Below, in pieces: positions 1 through 10,157 of a DNA stretch of 20,000 nucleotides. This stretch comes from Neovahlkampfia damariscottae (taxonomy: Eukaryota), in NCBI GenBank assembly GCA_016618085.1, contig JABLTG010000033.1, positions 115,603 to 135,602 on the forward strand, in the 5' to 3' direction. Positions within the stretch are counted from its first letter, which is position 1; the number at the start of each line of letters is the position of its first letter. Both the position numbers and the translations under genes were made by a program. The notes below the pieces were generated by a model. It did no database searches. It saw only the letters and a program-made list of their open reading frames with translations, and was not told where the DNA came from.

Positions 1-173
1 CAACAACTTTGGAAGAGAATCGAACCTCAAAAAAAAAAAATAATGTTGTTAAATGCCATTGCAGTTAGTCAAATACTATGGCATTCTTTGATCATTGAAA
101 AACAGTTAAAAATGAAAAAAACAATTTGTTGGAAGATAAAATGTTGATTTGTCTTCAAAATAAGATAATAACT

Positions 174-3100
174 TTATTCTTTGATAACCGAAGGAGTATT
201 CCTTTTCAATCTTCTTGACATTGATCTTGTTTTATGAGCAATAATCTCTTCAGCTGTAAAAACATCATTTCCTTCAACTGGAGTGACGGCAGGTTCATCA
301 GTTAAATCAAATTCCCAAGATCTTGATTCTGTCCCACGAATTGAAAATTCTCTTGTTTTATTGGCAATCACAGTATCATCAATCAATTCCTCATCATTTT
401 GTTTGATAGAATTTTGTAAATCACTTAAATCCATTCCATGAACATTTGATTGTCTATAATTACTAATTTTCTTTCTCAATGTTGTTAATTGATCTTCAAG
501 TGAAGATGCATCATGATCAAGAAACAATGAATCTCTAATCCAATCAGATTTATCTCTATCATCAACCATTGATTCTGGATCAAATAATGGATTGAAATAT
601 TCAATCAATTCATCATCTTCATCATCTGCTTCATCAGTCAATAAAGCCAATTTTGAAACTTCATCAAATTCTGGATCATAAATATCATCAAATTTAGCTT
701 CTTTATAATTCATTAATGGGAAAATAATTGATGAATAATCAACAATTCCTTCAAATATTTTGTTAACTTTTGGTGAAATTTGAAGACTTTGCATTGCATC
801 TGAAGTATGAATTAAATTCATTCCAAGACAAATTGCTAAACTATTTGATGTCATTTTATTGATTTTTGTGTATTCAATAATTCTCTCAAATAATCTCATG
901 AATCTGGCCAATAAAATCTTTCCTTCAGTTGACATATTTTTATCAACAACATCTTTCAATACATATCCATCTTTTTTCACTAAAATATGATTGTTAAAAA
1001 GATAAGTGATTTTACATGTTGCTTCATAATATTCATCAACATCTTTCAATTCAATTATTGGTTCTGGTATTTTTCTTAAGAATTCTTTGAGAACTCCACA
1101 GAATGTATGCCATTTATTGAAATTTAAATTTGATAAAATATCTTTAATTGAACCTCCTGATTCAATCAATTCGATACATTTTTTCATTTGTGAATTTTGA
1201 GCTGGAATTCTAAACAAACCTTCCATTGTTAAATCTAAAACATATTTAAATTAACTTTTTAACTTACAGTATTTCTCAATTAGACACATGAATTTTTGAA
1301 GGATAATAGGAATTGGTGATTGTAAATCTTTTAAACTCATTGAAAATATTTGAACTCTAATTTCTTTGTTTTTAATTGCATCTAATAATAATTTTTCTTC
1401 ATATGCATTAAATCTTTCAATGATTGGATAATCTTCTTTTGATGCATCTCTAAATGATTTATCTTTGTATAAAGTCTTTGGGAAATATAAATTTGCATTG
1501 GTCAACATAATTTCAAATACTTTTGGTAATGATTGAAGAATGAGAGTATCTGTTGTGTGAAGTAAAGCAGGTGCAAAAATGACACCAATAGAAGATGCAA
1601 TCACTTTGTTTTGTGATGATTTTGAAATAATTCGTTTGAAGAATTTCATAAATCTTGCTAAATAATTTCTATTTTTTTGTGGTAAAGAATTGATTAATTC
1701 TTTAAAACTTGAAAATCTATCTTTCTCTTTTTCAAGTTGAGTTGCTTTTATAAAATCATATGTTGTAGTTCCTAAGAAATCATTTTGCATTTCAATCATG
1801 AATTTATTCAAAACAACGCATATTGTATAAGGTGCAGCACCATAATCTTTTGCCATCAATTTTGAAAAAGATGCTCCAGAATCAAGCAATTTCACCATTC
1901 TCTCAATGGAACTTTGATCTCCATTTTTTAAGTAAATATGTTCTTCAGTTAAATCTAATTGAAAAAAAAATGAATAATAAAAAATATTCTTACAATTTGA
2001 TTCAACAAAATAAATTAATCTTTCAATAATCAATGGTAGTTCCATTGGTAAATCTTTCAAAGGAACACCAAATAATTTTTTGACTTTGGTCATAGCAGTG
2101 AATCTTGGTGATGCTAATAAAGCATCTTTGATTGAATCTTCACTCATTTGTTTATACATATCAGGTGGATAAAAGTCTTTGCTGTTATGAATCATATCTT
2201 CCACTATTTTGTTCAAATGAGGAATATCAGCAAATCCTTTGATGTCATCTTGTCTTGATAAATTAATACCTAATGTCATTGCAAGTTTTGTCGGATTTAA
2301 CTTGTTATTAAGTTTATGAACCAAAATTCTTTCAAAGAATCTCATCCATCTTGCAATTACTTCACGATTTCTTAATGGTAATTCATTGATCAATTCTTTC
2401 AATTGTGGAACTCTATCTTTCTCGTTTAATATTTCTAATGTTCGAAAAATTAATAAAAATGATGGTTTACTTCCAATTTCAACAAATTTTGGATATAGTT
2501 CACTTGTCAAAAGTGTATCTGGTAAATCTCTAATGTATTTTTTTAAAACACCACACATGGTAAATTGTCTTTTTTCTAAATCCATTTCAACAATTTTATA
2601 AAAAGGTGTTTGTTTTTCAATGGCTTCTTGTAATCTCTTCATTGCTGTTGCCTCTCCATTTTCAAATAAAATGCCTTGTTCATCCAAATCTAAAATAACA
2701 TTAATTTAAACAAAAAATTACATTTAGCTTCAATATAAAGTATTAATTTTTCTATAATTGGTGGTAATGGTTCAAATCCATCATAAACACTTCCTCCAAA
2801 TATTTGAACTCTTCTGTTAACAACTGGTGATGGTGTATCAAGTTCTGATGATTCTGGTGTATCTAATGGTGTTTCTGAAACATCTGAGAATATCTTTTGA
2901 GCATCTGTAAAAAATTCCAATTCAAAAGCTTCCAATTTTTCAATCAACTATTTTGAAAATAAAAAAAAATTTAAAAAAATCAAACGTTTGTGTTATGAAC
3001 AAGCATCTTTTTCTCTTGATAAAACATTTCTTCTTTGATCAACTCATGATCTTTGATTTTCTAAATAAAAGTTCCAAAAAAAAAAAATATTTTACCACAA

Positions 3101-3663
3101 GAGAAACATCTTGAAAAAAATTTCCTATAACTTCATATAGGTTTAGTTTTACAGTTTCAATCTTGAAAAAACAATCAGTTTTGAAAAATTATTATTACAT
3201 TTGCTTTTCTTAATTTTGCAAGACTTCTAAGGTTTGTACCCAAGACATCTGATTTATTTTTTAGTGTTGAATTTAGTGGAATTGTAGTTGATAAATCTTT
3301 CAATCTTTCACCCATACTGCTTTCAATTTTACTCAAATCTTTGATTTGAATTTTAAAAAAATAAAACAAACCCTTTGATGTTTGGTACCAAGCATCTGTC
3401 AACTCCATCATGGCTTTATATTGTTCTACTATAGAAACAAATTGCTAAAAAGTTAAAAAATGTCCATTCCAAACTTTATATTTTTGTAAAGAAGTTTTAT
3501 CCAATTTATCAGTGGGTAAAGAGTTTAAACCTTTTAGAATTGAATTTCCTGTCGCAATCATGAGTTCAGTCGCTTTTAATTTTGTGTAAGTATGAGATCT
3601 AGGTGATGTAGACTTCTGCGAACGCAGTGGCATTGAAACATACGAATCACTAGGAGCAGACAT
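174..3663 (-). CDS. Multi-domain RhoGAP protein (~1046 aa): helical, possibly BAR-like N-terminus, three tandem RhoGAP domains, acidic C-terminal tail; 11 exons
   Basis: Five minus-strand ORFs join in frame via GT-AG introns at 3445-3474, 3339-3371, 3162-3198, 3061-3095, 2948-2985, 2690-2721, 2435-2470, 1955-1993, 1235-1267 and 980-1015. RhoGAP motifs recur three times: FG..L/P.II..LI, EGLFRIP, LKEFLRKIPEPII / LKKYIRDLPDTLLT, NKM...LAI.LG.NL. Confidence 0.88.
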
Positions 3664-3799
3664 TCTTTGTTAATGATTGGTCAATTTTTTGACTCGTCTT
3701 ATCAGATACTACATTCTTAAATATTCAAAAGAAAATAAAAACTCAAGGCAATATTTTGTCTTCAAAGAAATCCATATTTTTAATTGGTCAATTATCGCA
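3664..3799. promoter_or_regulatory. 136-nt bidirectional promoter with two ATTGGTCAAT elements
   Basis: Divergent ATGs at 3663 and 3800; identical ATTGGTCAATT at 3676-3686 and 3783-3793. Confidence 0.6.
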
Positions 3800-4918
3800 A
3801 TGAGTTTTATAACTTTGTTTCATGATGAACAAGGTGAAATCATTTTCGAAATTGGAAGAACAAACAAAAAAGAAATCACTTGGTATGATGAAACTGTCAA
3901 ATTGCCGAACTATTGGGAAGAAAAAACGAAATTAAGAGTTTGTATTAATTCAAATGAACCACCACATAAAATTCCAAAACCAATTGAAGATTTTCATGTG
4001 CCATTACTAAAAAGTGCACTTCAAAAAGGTGTTCGTCGAAGGAAGGCTGAAGCTGCTTTACATCTAGCTTGGCAATTAATTTCACAAGATTTAACTGAGT
4101 TCTTAAGAAGATTTCCTGTTATAATACTTGAAGATTCTGTATTACATCCTAATTTTTCAAACATAGTTTGGATGATGATTGCTAATTCAAAAGGATGGAA
4201 ACTAAGAAAAACACAAATTGAATTATTACTTCAAACAGTTTATCAAATTGCAAGTTGTGAATATCGTGATTATTTAGATTTTGAAAGTGAAGAATTTTCA
4301 AATCCATGTTACAACACAAACAATCATCTTTTGGCTTCCATTATTCTACGAGTTAATTATGGAGGCATGAAAGGAGATCAAGAATTCATGAAAAAGCTTG
4401 TTATGATGTGGCATAATAGATTTAAAATAGATTATAAAATATGGAATGATTCATTTGATACCATATTTCCACCAATTCCTAAAGAAATTCAATCTCAAAT
4501 CACATCAATGGTCGAAAAGAAAAGTTTTCTAAAGAATGAGTACAAACTGAATGAAGGAATAGATTATCATGTATTTCCATCTTTAATTGATCAATTATTT
4601 AATGTTTTAAAAGATAAAAAAAAATTTATTCCAGTCAATGATTTGAAATCAATCATTTGGTTACATCGCTCTGGAATATCATTAAAAAAATATATAACCA
4701 CAAGAAAATCTCTATTGAAATTAGATTTACAAAATGAATATGAAACTGATGAAAAGTTATCTACTTTTGATACATGGAAAGATATCAAAGAAGACTGGAT
4801 AGAGTTATGTTCAGAAGTATTTTGGAGATCATACATTTCTGAAGAATTTTCATCACCAAAAGAGAAGAAAACAAAAATTCAAAATCATAAAATTACTGAT
4901 TTTTTCAAAATAAAATAA
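3800..4918 (+). CDS. Uncharacterised 372-aa protein with a RarA/MgsA/WRNIP1 C-terminal-like helical motif and a C-terminal PIP-box-like motif; intronless
   Basis: First ATG at 3800 (the ORF-track start at 3677 is TTG in the divergent promoter). SALQKGVRR...AALHLAWQL...RRFPVIILED resembles RarA SALHKSIRG..AALYW...RRL...SED. Ends QNHKITDFFKIK. Confidence 0.75.
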   Translation: MSFITLFHDEQGEIIFEIGRTNKKEITWYDETVKLPNYWEEKTKLRVCINSNEPPHKIPKPIEDFHVPLLKSALQKGVRRRKAEAALHLAWQLISQDLTEFLRRFPVIILEDSVLHPNFSNIVWMMIANSKGWKLRKTQIELLLQTVYQIASCEYRDYLDFESEEFSNPCYNTNNHLLASIILRVNYGGMKGDQEFMKKLVMMWHNRFKIDYKIWNDSFDTIFPPIPKEIQSQITSMVEKKSFLKNEYKLNEGIDYHVFPSLIDQLFNVLKDKKKFIPVNDLKSIIWLHRSGISLKKYITTRKSLLKLDLQNEYETDEKLSTFDTWKDIKEDWIELCSEVFWRSYISEEFSSPKEKKTKIQNHKITDFFKIK

Positions 4919-4999
4919 TTTTTCTTTTGAAGATGACGAATAAAACAATGGGAAAATAAACCAATGAAATATTCTCCTTGTCTGACTTTTTTTCAACAG

Positions 5000-6956
5000 A
5001 TGAAGTCAACGTTTGTTATACTCTTGTTTCTGTTTTTCTCAGTACTTGCTGAAAAAGTGGAAAAGTATGAAACTTGTGTTATTGGTGGAGGTAAAATAAA
5101 AAAAAATTTATTTTTTTCAAAAAGGACCTGGAGGAATTCAAATGGGATATTTTCTAAAAAAGTCAAACCGAAATTATGTAGTTTTAGAAAAGAATAATGT
5201 TCCTTGTTCTTTCTTCACAAAATATCCAAGACAAGGAAATTTAATTTCCATAAACAAAAGATATGTTGAATTTGATGATAAAGAATATAAATTACGTCAT
5301 GACTGGAACTCTTTACTGAGTGATGATCCTGAATTAGTGTTTACAAAATACTCCGAAGATTATTTTCCAAAGTCAAAATTAATTCCGAAATATTGCAAAG
5401 ATTATGTAAACAAATTGAATATTAATATTCATTTTGGTACTTATGTAAACAATATGTCTCGTTTAAACAAGCACAAAAAAATAACAATTCCAAAAGGTGA
5501 TTTTATTCTCCGAACAAATAAAAAGACCTATCAATGCCAACGGGTTGTGATGGCAACAGGTTTTCAACAACCAGTACAACCACAAGTATTCAAAGGTTTA
5601 GAATTAACAGATAATTATGCAACTATGAGTTTCGATAAGAAAGAATTCATCAATAAAAAAGTGCTAATTTTTGGGAAGGGAAATTCAGCAATGGAAGTTA
5701 TAAATCACATCACACCATTCACTCAATATATTCATGTTATGAGTCCACATAAAATAAGACTTTCATATTTCACTCATTATGTTGGTGATATTCGAGCTGT
5801 CAATAATCATATTTTGGATCAATATCAATTGAAGTCATTAGACGCTATTGGAGATGCAAATGCAAAGAATTCAAGTTTTTCAAAAACTAAAGATGGAAGA
5901 ATCCAATTTTCTTACCCTGATAATGGTGATTCTTTTGATCAAGATGAATTACATCCATTGGTTTATGATAAAGTTATCTTTTGTACAGGGTTCACTTTTA
6001 ATGGTTCATTTCTACCAGATGATCCATTAGATCAACCTATTTTTTCAAAAGGAAAGTATCCAGTGACTAATTCATTTTATGAATCAGTTAATGTTCCTGA
6101 CTTATATGTTGCTGGTACAATAGCTCATTTAAGAGATTTAAGAAAATCTGCTGGAGGATTTATTCATGGATTTCGTTACTTGGCTCAAACTGTGAATAGT
6201 CATATGGAATGGAGATATCATGATGTTGTTTTCCCTCATAAAACATTGCATTTGGGTGAATTATTAAAACATATTATTTATAGAATCAACCATGCATCTG
6301 CTTTGTATCAAATGTTCGGAACATTAGGAGATATAGTTGTTTTGGATCCAAATCAAAAATTAAACTCTAATATTACAGATAAATGTTTAGGGGCAATAGT
6401 AAATGATGATAAAGAATGTCAAAATATCAAATTTACTTATTTTGAAAATATTCAGGTACAATATCCATTGGCTGGTTTTATTGGTCGAGATTTTCCAACA
6501 AAAAGAGGAATGAAATTCCCAAAGATGGTTCATCCAGAATCTTATTTAACAGTTACATTGGAATACCATCCTGATTTTCATGGTGAAAAAGTATTTGGTG
6601 ATGACAGAGTTGCTGATGGTTTGAAGAATGCGCACAAAAGTAATTTCTTGCATCCAATTATTCGTGAATTTGATATTAGATCAGATAATATCACACAATG
6701 TTTCAACAAAAATTCTTGTTTCAATTTGACTAGAGAACATCAAATAAGTGAACATCACTTCTTGGAAGATTTTTGGGGAGTTTTCACTCTTCAAAAAATT
6801 CATACTAACCCATTCAAGAGATACTTAAATGGTGTTTTGACAAAAGTACCACGTTATAGACCAAAATATAGCCCAGTAAGAGAAAATACTAAATTGAAAA
6901 GAGAATTAAAAACACTGACAAAAATTAAAACAAACCCAGTCAAAGATGAACTGTAA
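5000..6956 (+). CDS. FOXRED2: FAD-dependent oxidoreductase domain-containing protein 2 (ERFAD-like ER flavoprotein), ~640 aa
   Basis: Exons 5000-5090 and 5125-6956 (intron 5091-5124) restore the Rossmann motif VIGGGPGGIQMG. Signal peptide MKSTFVILLFLFFSVLA; FOXRED2-type motifs LISINKR, LRHDWNSLLS, THYVGDIRAVNN, SAGGFIHGFRY, SNFLHPIIR; C-terminal KDEL. Confidence 0.92.
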
Positions 6957-7012
6957 TTTTGGTATTTAAAGAGAGCTTTATAAAATAGACATTCTTTTGT
7001 TCAAAAATTTAT

Positions 7013-7692
7013 TCAAAAAAAATCATCCAAACTTCCACTTGATTCTTTTGATTTTTCTTCAGTTTTTATTTCAACTGCTGGTTTGTCATTATTTGAGTCA
7101 TCAAATAATCCTAAAATTGATCCTTTTTTTTCATCTTCAAATTTTATCATTTCTTCCGGTTTTTTTTTATAATCCAGCATTTGGTCTAAATAATCAACAG
7201 ATTTTTTTTCACCATCTCTTTGTTCTAAATTGTTGACAATGTGGCTCAAACCTTCACTTGACTCGTTCATAAAATCATCCAAACTTATACTGGAGTTTGA
7301 AGTTTCTGCTGATGCTCCTGTGAAATAAGAAACTATTGATGGTTTTGGTTCAGGAAATGAAAAATGAATTTTTTCTTTTTCTTCTTTTTGTGACAATTCT
7401 TTGGCAGGTGTTTCATCTTTCAACGGTGAATCAACTTTTTCAAGATTTGTTTTTTGTGATTTTTTTTCAAATTTTGAGAGTAGTTCTTGTTGAATTGAAA
7501 GGAGTTCTGTAGTCTTTTCCGACAAGCCAAGCAAAACCGAATTTAGCTTTTGGTTTAGTTCATGGATTTGTTCATTCTTCAAAGATTAGAAAAATAAAAT
7601 TGGATTACTTTTGTTTCTGTGTTGTTATCAAGCTGATCAATTTCTGATTTGATCGATTCAATAGCTGAGTTCACTTGTTGGAAACAATTCAT
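7013..7692 (-). CDS. Hypothetical protein: N-terminal coiled coil plus acidic disordered tail ending SLDDFF
   Basis: Exon 7692-7609 (MNCFQQVNSAIESIKSEIDQLDNNTETK), intron 7577-7608 (gtaatc...ctaat...gaag), exon 7576-7013 in frame. Confidence 0.72.
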
Positions 7693-7727
7693 CAGAAATA
7701 AAAGGTTTGATTGGACACAAGAAATTT

Positions 7728-7732
7728 AAAAA
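7728..7732 (-). terminator. Pol III oligo-T terminator of tRNA-Arg
   Basis: TTTTT on the minus strand 3 nt after the discriminator base. Confidence 0.65.
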
Positions 7733-7735
7733 GTT

Positions 7736-7808
7736 TATCCAAGAGGAGATTCGAACTCCTGATTTTTTCCTTAGGAGGGAAACGCCTTAGCCACTAGGCC
7801 ACGAGGAC
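7736..7808 (-). tRNA. tRNA-Arg(CCT), 73 nt, intronless
   Basis: Reverse complement folds as GTCCTCG TG GCCT AGTGGCTA AGGC G TTTCC CTCCTAA GGAAA AAATC AGGAG TTCGAAT CTCCT CTTGGAT A. D, anticodon and T stems are perfect; anticodon CCT at 7775-7773; A and B boxes intact. Confidence 0.92.
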
Positions 7809-7927
7809 TTGCAAATAGCTACTTTAAATCCGAAGAAAATAAAACAGCCAACAACTTTTTTTTCTTCATGATGAACTCAACTTGGTTTTAGTTTTTTGAA
7901 GTTACAAGTTTTTGTAAGTTATAAATT

Positions 7928-8302
7928 TTATTGATTTAATTTTGCTTGTTCTTTTGCAAGTTTTTGAATATGAGCTACAAATTCTTCAAAACTAATTTGA
8001 TTATCTTTGTTTGTATCATAAGATTCAAAAGTAGAAAGACTTTCAGCAATTTCTTTTCTTTTCATAATTGCTTCTAATTTTTCTTTTGAAATAGTTGTTG
8101 GATCAATATTAATAATATCTGGATTTTTATCAAATTGATCTTGAACTAAATCTGTGACTTCTTTTAAAAAAGTTTCAAATTCGTCTCTGTCAATTACACC
8201 ATTTTTATTCTTGTCATATTTTTTGAATAATTTTTTAATATTTGATTGATCACTTGGATCCGCTAAAATATGATCTAAAGCTAAAACTTGTTTGTTACCC
8301 AT
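7928..8302 (-). CDS. Small two-EF-hand Ca2+-binding protein, probably N-myristoylated (124 aa)
   Basis: Canonical EF loops DKNKNGVIDRDE and DTNKDNQISFEE; N-terminus MGNKQ. Confidence 0.85.
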   Translation of the reverse strand: MGNKQVLALDHILADPSDQSNIKKLFKKYDKNKNGVIDRDEFETFLKEVTDLVQDQFDKNPDIINIDPTTISKEKLEAIMKRKEIAESLSTFESYDTNKDNQISFEEFVAHIQKLAKEQAKLNQ

Positions 8303-8397
8303 CTCTTTGCCTTTTTTTGTTTCACAAAGTATTTTGGTTGGTTGATTTTTAACGTCTGACTTACCGTTAAAATGAAAAAAAAAAAACTTTTATTTTT

Positions 8398-9870
8398 TTA
8401 TAAACCTTGTTCTTGATCTAAACCCATTTCTTTATCTCTTTCTTCTTTTGATTTTGAAAGATCAAATTTTTGACCTGTTATTCTTTCATAGAGATCCAAA
8501 GCATTTTTAGCAGTTGTTTCAAAATGTGTTGAAGCATCAACTGAACTTGAAATGAATAAATTATCTTTTTTTCCATCTTCTTTAGGTTCATAAACAATTG
8601 ATACTGAATAAAATATTTTTTCAACTTTTCCTAATAAATCAAGAGCAACTTTAAGTTCATTTTCTGGTCTATCAGTTTCAACTGTTGTAGCAACAATAGC
8701 AAGATATTTTCCTTTAGCACAAACATAATGAGCATCTGAAATACAACATACATAAATATCTATTTAAACTTTAAAAAAAAGAGAACAACCAACCATTTTT
8801 TCTTTTTGTTTGTTTTTGAGGAATGATAATTTGACATGCTTTACTATTATTTGTATTTGGAATTGGGTGATCCATAATACAAACAGCTCTTACAATTTTA
8901 CCTTTTGCAACTGTTTTATCATAATCTTTGAAATAAGTTGGATCTCCAACAACAAGAGGACATTTACAAACTTCACCTTTTGATTCAACTCCTGCAACTT
9001 TTCCTTCTTCATCAAAATGAATTTTATCAATTGGTTTTGGTAACCAATATGTACCTCCATAAACAGCACATAATCTTGAAAATACTTGTGGAAGTTCACC
9101 TAAACCATATAATGGATAAACATATGGTGATTTTCCATACATTGCAAGTGATTCATAATAAAGTTTCATTCTTAAAACTGCTTCAAGAGCTGGTTTTTGA
9201 AGATAATCATCATCAAAATAACAAGCAACAGCATGACCAAGAAAATCAATTGTTTCTTCACCAATTCCGTATTGATAATAAAAATCTTTCATTTTCATTC
9301 TTTTTAAATCATATCCTCCATGTGTTTTTGGATCATTTTCTTTATAAGCCATAACATATGATAAAAGTTTTCTACAACGATTCTTTTCAAAGAATCCCAT
9401 TAATGGTGATGATGCAACTTCTTTTAAATCTGCAGGAACTATTTAGTTTTTTTTTAATTAATTTTCTTTTTTTTTTTTGGACGAACCTTTGTAAACTTTA
9501 CCTTTTTGGTAAACATAAGAACCTTCCACTAACATATATTCTACTCTTGTAATTCCAGCAGCTCTTAAAATTTTGACAAGTAAACCTTTGAAAATTAATT
9601 TTTTTTTTTTTTCTTACCGTTTGCCATGATGAATTTTGGAATTAAATCAACATTCCAATCACGTGATCTACCAAATTCTTTTGGTGGTACTGCGTCTTGA
9701 CCTTCAAAATGTTTGTAAAGTTGATCTAAACTCAATGAAGCGGATTCTCCACCGTAGTATTCATTTCTGTCGAGATGAAGAACTTTTTTTTTATCTAATG
9801 ATAATAAACCAGAGACAATACATTCAGTTAAACCAGTACCGAGTACAACAGCGTCGTATTTTTCATCCAT
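8398..9870 (-). CDS. GDI1: Rab GDP-dissociation inhibitor
   Basis: Exons 9870-9618, 9585-9487, 9438-8794, 8759-8398 (introns 32, 48, 34 nt). Motifs [74 protein letters not shown]. Confidence 0.96.
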
Positions 9871-10157
9871 TTTCTCACAGTGGTTTGTTAAAGTCAATGA
9901 GGTGGACCAATAAGAATAAAAACTTGAAGTATTCAACCAATGAAATAGTGTCGGCAAAAAAACAGTATTTTGTGAAAAATGAAAAAAAGTTCAAAAAAAT
10001 GAAAGTCCCTGGAACTCAAAAAATTCAAATAACCTTTGGTAGCCTCATTCTTTCATGATAAAATAAAATTTGAAAACAAAATCTATTCAAAATTTTTAAT
10101 TGAATTCACCACGAATCCATGTATCTTTTTGTTTTTTTTTTCATTCAACTCTTGGTT

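Noticed and set aside
3677..3799. 41-codon N-terminal extension of the 3800 gene
   Set aside because: It starts at TTG and spans the divergent promoter; the first ATG is at 3800.
7864..7901. Box C-like ATGATGA with a short terminal stem (snoRNA?)
   Set aside because: Under 40 nt, no CTGA box D and no recognisable guide.
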